Of a stretch of DNA of 64,000 nt, positions 54,700-62,461 are shown in pieces (the stretch's first letter is position 1; each line of letters begins with the position of its first letter). The translations under genes and the position numbers were made by a program. The DNA is from a virus. The notes beneath the pieces were generated by a model, which had not been told where the DNA came from, made no database searches, and saw nothing but the letters and a program-made list of their open reading frames with translations. The stretch lies in the IMG/VR virus record IMGVR_UViG_3300027519_000001. The stretch is one strand, 5' to 3'.

Positions 54700-55234
54700 A
54701 GCAATCACTACAAACTACGTGATCAGTGTCAGTACTTTCACCACTTGGATTGCCGTGAAGCGACGGACAAGCTTTAACACTTATATCTCTAAACAGTTTG
54801 TACAAATCAATATATTCAGGATTAGGAATTGTGAATGGCTCACCCTCTTGCCAAAATTTCTGATAGTGAGAATGTGATTTAAAAGGGCTCGTTTTAATCC
54901 AGTTCTCAGTATTAACAAACTCGTTGAAACCTTCCTCTACGTGAACACACTTCGAAACAAGGTCTTCGTAAGTAGGAGGTAGCAACTTCTTTCCAGTAAG
55001 ATTAAGAGCTTTGCCAAACTTACGGACTGTCCTATCATTTGTTATAACTATGCGAGAACGATACAAAGTAGAAATTGACCCAGGTACTATTATTTGCTTA
55101 GAGTCTTCATCGACAAAAGCAGGCAAGCTAAACCAGCGTTGTGTATGTGCATGGTTAATAGGACGTGACCCAGGGTCTAAGTACAAAAGAACTTTACCAT
55201 CAAATTCTGTTTTTGAAATCTCATGTATACTCAT
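54698..55234 (-). CDS. hypothetical protein (178 aa)
   Basis: ORF between the two topoisomerase genes. Confidence 0.6.
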   Translation of the reverse strand: MSIHEISKTEFDGKVLLYLDPGSRPINHAHTQRWFSLPAFVDEDSKQIIVPGSISTLYRSRIVITNDRTVRKFGKALNLTGKKLLPPTYEDLVSKCVHVEEGFNEFVNTENWIKTSPFKSHSHYQKFWQEGEPFTIPNPEYIDLYKLFRDISVKACPSLHGNPSGESTDTDHVVCSDC

Positions 55235-55698
55235 AGTTCCAACTCTGCTCCTGATATAATAGATTTTAAAAGGGAATTATCATACGGATACTTTTCAATC
55301 TGCTGTCTGAACTTTGCTATGCTACCGTAAACTCTTCTAATAGTTTCTATAGCTGTCTTCTTACTTGTTTTTTCTTTCCAGTCCCAAAGACCGTCAGTTG
55401 TATTCAAGCAGATGCCTTCAACAAATTCCATTTCATATCCATAGTATTCAACTCCCTCAATATCTTTATTGTACGAACATTTATAGATTGTTCCATCTTT
55501 ACCTATAACGAAAGGACAGATTACAGATAGTGCAAACGTTGGAAATACAAGTTCATCGTTCATCAGATGTAAAGTAGCACTAACCCAAGTAGGTTTAGAA
55601 ATATTCATGTTGTACATTCCGCTAGTCGAATCATCGTAAAGCGAAGTAAACACAATATCTACTATCATAAAAACTTCAACAAGGTTTACACTATCCAT
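55231..55698 (-). CDS. hypothetical protein (155 aa)
   Basis: ORF with ATGA coupling. Confidence 0.6.
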   Translation of the reverse strand: MDSVNLVEVFMIVDIVFTSLYDDSTSGMYNMNISKPTWVSATLHLMNDELVFPTFALSVICPFVIGKDGTIYKCSYNKDIEGVEYYGYEMEFVEGICLNTTDGLWDWKEKTSKKTAIETIRRVYGSIAKFRQQIEKYPYDNSLLKSIISGAELEL

Positions 55699-55706
55699 AG
55701 TAACTC

Positions 55707-57752
55707 CTAAGCTTCTTCTAAAGCTGGACGAGATTCTTTAAGTCCAAGAAGCTTACGCTTCTCAGCCGCAGACTCGGCAGCGATGTTTCGGAAGTAAGCA
55801 ATTTTTGCAGGGTCATCGTTCCAAGATATCTGACGTACTAATCGTGTATCTGGATCAAATGCGATTGGGTCAAGCATATCAGGGTTAACTTCTCCCCACC
55901 CTTTGATACGCGTTATTGCTTTCTTAGCTTCTTCTGTTTGAGGCATCGAACTATAACATTCATCAAACGTGTCACCAGAATAAAGTTTTCCTTTATACAG
56001 CGCAGAGTAAAGCTTACCCTCTACACAATACAATCGACCTTCTTTAATAAAGTCTGGTAACAAGCGGAAGAAGAAACATAAAAGCAATACGTTAATGTGT
56101 GCGCCGTCTGGATCTGGGTCAGATAGCAAGTAAACGCGTTGGCAACGTAACTTGTCAGAACTAAACTTAGGACTGTCTGCTTGTATGTCTAGAGAACCTG
56201 GGTCAATACCTAACGAGATAATAATGTTTAGCACTGCTTGTGAGTTTAACAGCTTATCCAAAGATGTATTGAGGGCGTTGGCAGGCTTACCAGACATTTT
56301 CAATATCTCTTGATTAGAGTTTCTAGCGTTCTTTGCAGTACCACCAGCAGAGTCCCCTTCAACGATGTATATTTCACGCTGGTCAGGTTTAACGTTTGGT
56401 GCTTCTGTTAAGTTCTCAGGTAAAACACCGCGAGACTTCTTACGAACTTCTGTCATAGACTTCATGACTTTCTTTAGAGATTCGCGGGCGTTGTTTGCAG
56501 TAGTAGCTTTCTTAATGATGTTCTTGGCAATTCTAGGATTGTCTTTAAACCATTCGATTAGAGATTCTTCAAGCTTTGTTTCAACGTCTTTAGCAACTTT
56601 TGATACAAGCTTATCTTTAACCTGTGAACTATATTGGGCAGAGTTCATTTTAAAGTTCAGAACACCGCAAGCACCTATCATTAAATCGTGAACAGTGAAC
56701 TTTGCTTTCTTGTCTCGATCAGTAAGATGCGGCTTGATAGCTTTTTGTAGAGCAGAACGGAAGCCTTCAACGTGAGTACCATGCTCTACTGTAGGTGAAC
56801 TGTTAACGTAAGAAGTAAATAAATGATCGTCTGCTTGGTCAGTCCAAGTAATTGCACAAGACAAGTCTTCATCTTCGTACATGAAAGGTTTACGGGATAC
56901 AGCTTGTGCTTCTGCTTCTTTGATTCTGTTAAGCACTAACCAGTCTAGACCTTTAGTGTTAACAAACTTCTTAGAGCCTTTACCAACACATGTGTAAGTA
57001 ATGTGGAAGCCTGGGTTAAGCATTGCTAAGTCACGTAACCAGCTACCTGCTGTACCAAGTTCAAGCTTCGCTACAGTCAACTTGTCTTCTGCTACTTTAC
57101 GTGAGCCTCGAGCAGCGTCTTCGGACACAACGGTTTGGTCAGGTATGAATCTAACAATAGTTCCATACTTGCTAATGGTTTTTTCTGCTAAGTCGAAGTT
57201 CTTAAATGCGGCTGGTGCGCGTGTACCGAGCTTTTTAACTTTAGCATCAGCAACGCCTTTCTTAAACGTTTGCGTGTACCAGACTTTTTCACGCTTAGTC
57301 CAAACTTCCATAACACTAGATGCGGCATTGACGGCTGCAATACCAACACCGTGAGTACCACTAGATGTTTTATACGCAGTATCATCGAACTTACCACCAG
57401 CATGAACTTTGGTAAGAATCAAAGTCATGGCACTGACTTTGCCTTCGTGTTCGGTCTGCTTTAATCCAACTGGAATACCTTGAGCGTAGTCAGCAATAAT
57501 GTAAGAGTTATCTTCTGGATTAACAATAATCTCAGCACCTGTGTTACGACCTGCTGCAAATTCATCGTACACGTTATCTACAGCTTCCTTTACCATTCGG
57601 AATACCATAGGATTACCAAGCGCACCTAAGTACATAGATGGATTGGCACGAATACCATTAAGACCTTCTTGAAACTTAATGCTATCTTCGTCATACGATT
57701 GAGACTTGGCAGGGGTCTTCGCGGGGCTGGTTCGTCTTTTTCTAATTGCCAT
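55707..57752 (-). CDS. type II DNA topoisomerase, ATPase/TOPRIM subunit (GyrB-like; T4 gp39+gp60 equivalent in one ORF, 681 aa)
   Basis: SYDEDSIKFQEGLNGIRANPSMYLG, EAVDNVYDE, GGKFD..YKTSSGTHGVG, EIYIVEGDSAGGTAK (TOPRIM) and PDPDGAHI. Confidence 0.9.
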   Translation of the reverse strand: MAIRKRRTSPAKTPAKSQSYDEDSIKFQEGLNGIRANPSMYLGALGNPMVFRMVKEAVDNVYDEFAAGRNTGAEIIVNPEDNSYIIADYAQGIPVGLKQTEHEGKVSAMTLILTKVHAGGKFDDTAYKTSSGTHGVGIAAVNAASSVMEVWTKREKVWYTQTFKKGVADAKVKKLGTRAPAAFKNFDLAEKTISKYGTIVRFIPDQTVVSEDAARGSRKVAEDKLTVAKLELGTAGSWLRDLAMLNPGFHITYTCVGKGSKKFVNTKGLDWLVLNRIKEAEAQAVSRKPFMYEDEDLSCAITWTDQADDHLFTSYVNSSPTVEHGTHVEGFRSALQKAIKPHLTDRDKKAKFTVHDLMIGACGVLNFKMNSAQYSSQVKDKLVSKVAKDVETKLEESLIEWFKDNPRIAKNIIKKATTANNARESLKKVMKSMTEVRKKSRGVLPENLTEAPNVKPDQREIYIVEGDSAGGTAKNARNSNQEILKMSGKPANALNTSLDKLLNSQAVLNIIISLGIDPGSLDIQADSPKFSSDKLRCQRVYLLSDPDPDGAHINVLLLCFFFRLLPDFIKEGRLYCVEGKLYSALYKGKLYSGDTFDECYSSMPQTEEAKKAITRIKGWGEVNPDMLDPIAFDPDTRLVRQISWNDDPAKIAYFRNIAAESAAEKRKLLGLKESRPALEEA

Positions 57753-57761
57753 TAGCGTTCC

Positions 57762-58166
57762 CTACAATGAAAATTCTCTGATATCTAAATCTAGTTCAGT
57801 ATCAGACTTGTTTATAAAATTGGAAAAAAGCTTTTCAGCTTCTTCGTCGCGTCTAAAGCTGGATTCATCACCGCTTAAATAGGCTGAAACCCAAGCTTGG
57901 TAGTCTGCTCTTATTCTTAAAAAGCTTTCGGCTACAACTCTATCAAAGCTAACCAAGTCAACACTTTCCACTTTCGAAAAGTTCATATCCAGTAACGCTA
58001 TTTCAACGTTAAGGATATCAGAGGACAGTGCAGAAAATTCAACGTAGCCGCAGAAGTAGTAACCGTTAGGAAGTTCTATGATTCTGTAGATATCGTTGCG
58101 GAGCTTTTTAAGAGTATCATCAAGTAGCTTTAGACCCAGATATTGGGTTGTTTGATATTCTGACAT
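57762..58166 (-). CDS. hypothetical protein (134 aa)
   Basis: ORF in the operon. Confidence 0.55.
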   Translation of the reverse strand: MSEYQTTQYLGLKLLDDTLKKLRNDIYRIIELPNGYYFCGYVEFSALSSDILNVEIALLDMNFSKVESVDLVSFDRVVAESFLRIRADYQAWVSAYLSGDESSFRRDEEAEKLFSNFINKSDTELDLDIREFSL

Positions 58167-58653
58167 TTTGTTTACCAGATTTATATTCTAATATTTGCTT
58201 AGATAAAACCTCTGTAATGCGTTTGCTCATTGAAAAAGCATTGTCGTCTACGTCAGCAAAGAACGGGTCTGATGAACGGAGTTCAAATGTCTCTCTATCT
58301 TCATTAGATAGTTTATCGCATACGTACTTAGCAATGGAGCGCAATAGAAGTTTGATTAACTCTAATGTCTTTACATATTCTTGATTGGTAAGCTTAGACT
58401 GGCGTGCCTTGGCTTTTCTCAATTCCAAGATACAATTTTCAACATCCTGAGCTGAACTGAACTTTGACCTAGCATCTTCTTTTATCTCAAAGTACTCCAA
58501 TCTAAGTTCGGCATCGACAACAGCTAAGTGGCTTTCTATTTGTGAGCGCATTGACTCTAACTGAGCAGTTAGAAGAGTAAGACTTTCTGCCTTATGGACT
58601 AGGTCTGAAACGTACCATCTATCGAATTGTACATTATCTACAAAAGATGACAT
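58120..58653 (-). CDS. coiled-coil hypothetical protein (177 aa)
   Basis: ATG at 58653 (MSSFVDNV). The track start at 58689 is a GTG lying inside a 7 bp hairpin (58678..58707). Confidence 0.55.
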   Translation of the reverse strand: MSSFVDNVQFDRWYVSDLVHKAESLTLLTAQLESMRSQIESHLAVVDAELRLEYFEIKEDARSKFSSAQDVENCILELRKAKARQSKLTNQEYVKTLELIKLLLRSIAKYVCDKLSNEDRETFELRSSDPFFADVDDNAFSMSKRITEVLSKQILEYKSGKQNVRISNNPISGSKAT

Positions 58654-58720
58654 AAAAACCCCAATGAAACGAGTAAAGGGTCTGAACACTTCTAATGTTA
58701 CAGACCCAATATAAATCTAA

Positions 58721-58734
58721 GCTAGAAAACTAGC
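58721..58734 (-). terminator. weak hairpin after the H1-like gene
   Basis: GCTAG-tttt-CTAGC on the minus strand, followed by TTAGATTTATATT. The stem is short, so support is low. Confidence 0.3.
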
Positions 58735-58741
58735 GATAGAC

Positions 58742-59323
58742 TTAGCTTTCGAAATCGAACTCGTCGCCAGCAGCAGCTTTTGAACGGCGACCACGGGCTG
58801 GTGCTTTTGCTTTTGCAGGAGCTTTCGCTTTACCACGAGCAGGTGCTTTTGCTTTTGCTGGTGCTTTACCACGAGCAGGTGCTTTTGCTTTTGTAGCAGT
58901 CTTAGTTGCAGCAGCTTTACCGCGTGGAGTTTTAGCAGTAGTCTTAGTTGCAGCAGCTTTACCACGAGCAGGAGCTTTTGTAGCAGCTTTAGCTTTGCCA
59001 CGAGCAGGAGCTTTAGCAGTAGTCTTAGTTGCAGCAGCTTTACCACGAGCAGGAGCTTTTGCAGGAGCAGCAGCAGGAGCATCTTCCGAAGTCATCTTTT
59101 CAACAAGTACATCGATTAGACCTTGAACGCGGTCGATACCTTTATCGATTTTATTTTGCTGAGTAGTGATTGATTTAGCAAGGCGAGGATTTTCAACTTT
59201 TTCAGCTAGCGCTGCAAGTTGTGCAGAGATAGAAGCAAAGCCTTCCATCGATTTTTGAATTTGACCTACTTTAGTTCCAGCAGCTTTAAAGTCAGTCGCT
59301 TTAAGTGATACCATTTTCGCCAT
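58742..59323 (-). CDS. histone H1-like / AlgP-like lysine-alanine-rich DNA-binding protein (193 aa)
   Basis: An N-terminal helical 80 aa is followed by about 11 copies of (A/T)KAPARGKA. The C-terminal tip is acidic-aromatic (GDEFDFES). GGAG RBS. Confidence 0.7.
   Translation of the reverse strand: MAKMVSLKATDFKAAGTKVGQIQKSMEGFASISAQLAALAEKVENPRLAKSITTQQNKIDKGIDRVQGLIDVLVEKMTSEDAPAAAPAKAPARGKAAATKTTAKAPARGKAKAATKAPARGKAAATKTTAKTPRGKAAATKTATKAKAPARGKAPAKAKAPARGKAKAPAKAKAPARGRRSKAAAGDEFDFES
58769..59077 (-). repeat. imperfect tandem repeats encoding KAPARGKA(A/K)ATK units
   Basis: Repeated gctttaccacgagcagg(a/t)gcttt(t/a)gc blocks are visible on the + strand. Confidence 0.85.
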
Positions 59324-59350
59324 TTTTTATTCTCCATTATTGTAAGAGTG

Positions 59351-59369
59351 AGGGGGCGGGCAGCCCCCT
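59351..59369 (-). promoter_or_regulatory. GC-rich hairpin in the leader of the H1-like gene
   Basis: AGGGGGC-(5 nt)-GCCCCCT is a 7 bp perfect stem. No U-run follows on the minus strand. Confidence 0.55.
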
Positions 59370-59420
59370 GTAATTAAAAGTAAAAGTTAGTTATTTAGAT
59401 TTAGAGATTAAACGGCGATA

Positions 59421-60359
59421 TTAATTATCGTCTTCCCAATCGTCTTCGTCATCTTCAAGCTCGTCTTCGTCTTCATCGATTTCGCCTTCGAAGTGTTCTT
59501 CAAGCGCATCGTATGCATCGTCGTAAGAGACCTTGCGACCTTTAACCAATTCAAGTTTCTTGGCTAGAGCGATAACTTCTTTTTCGCTCATTTCTTCAAG
59601 ATCCGGCGCTTCGTCCTCTTCTTCTTCAAGCTCGTCGTCTTCTTCTTCAAGCTCTTCGTCTTCGCCTTCAGCAAAGTGTTCATCAAGAAGGTCAAAAGCC
59701 TTATCAGCAGTCATGCGACCTTTGCCAAGTTTTAATTTCTTAGCAAGAGCAATTAGCTCTTTGTCGTCCATGCTTTCAAGATCTGGAACTTCGTCCTCGT
59801 CTTCTTCAAGCTCTTCGTCTTCGTCTTCAATTTCACCAAGGTGTTCATCGGCTAGCTCTTGAAGTTTTTCATCAGAAGCTTTGTTTAACTTAGCTTTGGT
59901 GATACCGCGAATACGTAAACCTGCAAGCTCTTCGATAATCGCTTCACGATCAAATTCGTCGTCAAGCTCTTCGTCTTCGTCTTCTTCAAGCTCTTCGTCT
60001 TCTTCTTCCAAGTGCTTGTCGGCAAGCTCTTGAAGTTTTTCATCAGAAGCTTTGTTTAGCTTAGCTTTGGTAATGCCGCGAATCTTTAAGGCAGCTAAAG
60101 CTTCAATGATTTCGTCGCGGTCAAAGTCTTCTTCAAGCTCTTCGTCTTCGTCTTCTTCAAGCTCTTCATCTTCATCCGCTTCAACAGCTTCACCAGAGAC
60201 TGAAAGACCAGCGGCTTCAAGAATTTCAATAGATTCCGCGTCACCGTCGTTAGCCGCTTCTGAAAGACCAACTACTAAAGACTTTAATAGCTCGATTGCT
60301 TCGTTAGTCTTCTTAGCAGTGCGCTTTGCAGGGGCTTTTGATTTTGCATTTCTTGGCAT
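59421..60359 (-). CDS. hyper-acidic protein with four HeH/SAP/Rho_N-like motifs (312 aa)
   Basis: Basic N-terminal tag MPRNAKSKAPAKRTAKK. Then two 57 aa repeats and two 60 aa repeats, each holding a short helix-extended-helix-like motif flanked by poly-D/E. Confidence 0.7.
   Translation of the reverse strand: MPRNAKSKAPAKRTAKKTNEAIELLKSLVVGLSEAANDGDAESIEILEAAGLSVSGEAVEADEDEELEEDEDEELEEDFDRDEIIEALAALKIRGITKAKLNKASDEKLQELADKHLEEEDEELEEDEDEELDDEFDREAIIEELAGLRIRGITKAKLNKASDEKLQELADEHLGEIEDEDEELEEDEDEVPDLESMDDKELIALAKKLKLGKGRMTADKAFDLLDEHFAEGEDEELEEEDDELEEEEDEAPDLEEMSEKEVIALAKKLELVKGRKVSYDDAYDALEEHFEGEIDEDEDELEDDEDDWEDDN
59424..59789 (-). repeat. tandem duplication, 2 x about 180 nt (unit PDLExMxxKExIALAKKLxLxKGR...)
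   Basis: Protein-level repeat at aa 191-251 and 252-312. Confidence 0.8.
59790..60125 (-). repeat. tandem duplication, 2 x 171 nt (57 aa unit FDR(D/E)xIIExLAxL(K/R)IRGITKAKLNKASDEKLQELAD)
   Basis: ctcttgaagtttttcatcagaagctttgttta recurs at 59856 and 60027. Confidence 0.9.
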
Positions 60360-60419
60360 TTCTTTTTCCTTAAAGGATGTTTTGATTTTGAATGTTGGAT
60401 TGTAATTGCTTACGAGTAC

Positions 60420-60432
60420 TATTTACAGTTTT
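60420..60432 (-). promoter_or_regulatory. copy 4 of motif AAAACTGTAAATA
   Basis: It lies 60 nt upstream of the ATG at 60359, in an 87 nt intergenic spacer. Confidence 0.55.
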
Positions 60433-60446
60433 TGCTTTTGTAGCTT

Positions 60447-60983
60447 TTATGCAGCAGCTTCGTCAAATTCAATTTGAACGTCTAGCTTAGGATTAGCCTG
60501 GTCGATTTCGATAACGTCACCAGTTTTTAAATCAGTAACGATAGCGATAGAGCCTGCCATTTCAACAGTACACTTAGGTAGCGCTAACACTTCACCTTCT
60601 TTAATAACACCTAGCATAGTGTGCGAACCTTCTTCACCAATCATATACGCAATGTCTTCACGCTTGATTGTTTTGATAACTACTTTAGAAGAGCCGTGGC
60701 GCTTGTTGGTACGAATAACAACTTTGTCGTTATCAGCAGATAGACAGAAACCAACCATTTGACTAACTTGGTCTTTAGCGCGAACAACAACCGAAGCACC
60801 TACAGATGAAAGTTGCTTAGCACTAAGTTTACCAGTACCCATGTTGTTGATACGACTTTCGTGCTTTTGCAAACGAGAGTTACGAACAAGACCAGCTTTA
60901 GCTACAGCAGTACCAGTCTTACGACCGCGGGCAGGGGCTTTAGCTTTACTAGCAGGGGCTTTAGTTTTAGTATTACGTTTCAT
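60447..60983 (-). CDS. hypothetical protein with basic KAPA/RGR N-terminal tag (178 aa)
   Basis: MKRNTKTKAPASKAKAPARGRKTG, then a beta-rich body. GGAG RBS. Confidence 0.65.
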   Translation of the reverse strand: MKRNTKTKAPASKAKAPARGRKTGTAVAKAGLVRNSRLQKHESRINNMGTGKLSAKQLSSVGASVVVRAKDQVSQMVGFCLSADNDKVVIRTNKRHGSSKVVIKTIKREDIAYMIGEEGSHTMLGVIKEGEVLALPKCTVEMAGSIAIVTDLKTGDVIEIDQANPKLDVQIEFDEAAA

Positions 60984-60995
60984 TTCTTTACTCCG

Positions 60996-61024
60996 AGAAA
61001 AAGGAAGAAGCTTAAAGCTTCTTC
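60996..61024 (-). terminator. hairpin plus U-run (attenuator/terminator) between two genes
   Basis: GAAGAAGCTT-a-AAGCTTCTTC is a 10 bp inverted repeat that encloses the TAA stop at 61012-61014. It is followed on the minus strand by CTTTTTCTC, then the GGAG RBS of the next gene. Confidence 0.55.
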
Positions 61025-62445
61025 ACCAAAAAGATTGGGTTATTGATTACAGCGCTTTCGATGCAGAAGCGGGTGCTTACCAACATCAACTCAGGCGTTG
61101 CATCTTGTGAAATTGATAGAGGAAGAGAATAGTTTTCTTCTTCGTCTTCATCTACATTAGTAAGTTCAGAATCAGATTCATCATTTTCTTCGTCTAAATC
61201 ATCAGATTCTTCATCAGCGTCTTCGTCTTCGTCTTCATCCGACGGGTCAAAGGCTTCTTCTGAGTCTTCGTAGAAGTCTTCGTCTTCGTCTTCGCCGTCC
61301 CAGAATTGCTCGTCTTCAACTAACATCTTGTCTTCTGTATACTTCAAGATATCGCCAAGAGTCACAGTTTCGAAGTCCTGCTCCGTAGTAAGTGCGCGTA
61401 CCATTTCAGTAGCGGCATTGTCTAGGATGGCCTCTTCTGCATCGACAACGTAAACGAATTCAACATCTACATTTAAGTCGGCGTTCATGATTTGCTGTTC
61501 GAAGTATTGAACAAGCTTTGCAGCACGTTCCGCTTTATTCGCTGCACCATTCAATGTAGGTATAGGAAGTAGTTGCGATACTACGATTGTATCAGGGTCG
61601 TCTTGGTGTAGACCGGCAGAAGTAAATGCGTTAAAGCCAAGTTGCTCTGGCATATCTTCTACATCAAGTGGGAAAGGGTTTTCGCTAAGTGCCGAAACAA
61701 AGCGGCGCATTACGAACTGACCCATAGAATCCATCAAGTTAGATTCAGATACAAGATTGAATTCAAGATTGTTGAACTCAGAAGCTTTAGATAAAAGCTC
61801 CATAACTGAATCGTACATCAAACCGCTAGGCTTACCTTCTTTTGGAACAGCGATAGTAAGATTTCGATTGTAAGTAGTACCGTCTTCGGCTTCGTGTACT
61901 TCACGATAATCAATACCTGTATCGATGTTACCAGCAGGAACAATAAACTGCACTACGATACGCGGCGAGTAAGTGTCCATCATATCAACAAACAAGTCTT
62001 TGTTGATTTGCAGTGTGTTGCTAAGGCCCTGACCAAGCTTAATTGCTTCACCAATGTCTACGCCCATACCCATAACAGCGTCTTCGGTACTAAGTTCAAC
62101 ATCAACGTCTGCATTCGCAGTCTCTGTAGTAACAGGGTCTGGAATGTTACTACGTTCTTTTTGTTCAGCGATTGCTTCATCGCGGGCTTCGGGAGATAGC
62201 TTAGCACCCATCGCTACGGCACGCTGACGATCATTTGAATTCGTCACTTCGTTTTCCTTATTATCAGGTTGAGTTATTTCACTAGAACTTTCGTTCTGCT
62301 CAGTATTTACAGTTTCCACATTTGCTTGTGTAACTTGTTCCGCGTCGGCGCTCTTTTCAGAAGGCTTCCAATTTGTTGAATCATGTTCTACTACATTAGT
62401 ATTTGCAGAAACGTTTTCTTTATTTTGATCGTGATCATTAGACAT
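61012..62445 (-). CDS. acidic hypothetical protein (477 aa)
   Basis: Long ORF. The N- and C-terminal thirds are polar or strongly acidic (DEDEDADEESDDLDEENDESD). Confidence 0.65.
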   Translation of the reverse strand: MSNDHDQNKENVSANTNVVEHDSTNWKPSEKSADAEQVTQANVETVNTEQNESSSEITQPDNKENEVTNSNDRQRAVAMGAKLSPEARDEAIAEQKERSNIPDPVTTETANADVDVELSTEDAVMGMGVDIGEAIKLGQGLSNTLQINKDLFVDMMDTYSPRIVVQFIVPAGNIDTGIDYREVHEAEDGTTYNRNLTIAVPKEGKPSGLMYDSVMELLSKASEFNNLEFNLVSESNLMDSMGQFVMRRFVSALSENPFPLDVEDMPEQLGFNAFTSAGLHQDDPDTIVVSQLLPIPTLNGAANKAERAAKLVQYFEQQIMNADLNVDVEFVYVVDAEEAILDNAATEMVRALTTEQDFETVTLGDILKYTEDKMLVEDEQFWDGEDEDEDFYEDSEEAFDPSDEDEDEDADEESDDLDEENDESDSELTNVDEDEEENYSLPLSISQDATPELMLVSTRFCIESAVINNPIFLVKKL

Positions 62446-62461
62446 TGTATAATCCTCTTTA

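Noticed and set aside
55707-57752. T4 gene-60-style translational bypass or a split in the GyrB-like subunit.
   Set aside because: The ORF is continuous from the ATPase domain through TOPRIM to the C-terminus, with no internal stop or gap.
58717-59082. 121 aa Leu/Lys/Gln-rich ORF on the same strand as the H1-like gene but in another frame.
   Set aside because: It is a by-product of the KAPARG repeat DNA. It has no RBS and no ATG context. The KAPARG frame has a GGAG RBS and non-repetitive N- and C-termini.
59533-60405. Ser-rich + strand ORFs (59533..59862 and 60052..60405) opposite the hyper-acidic gene.
   Set aside because: GAA/GAC-rich coding DNA reads as TTC/GTC, and so as poly-Ser, on the antisense strand. 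They are low-complexity artefacts.
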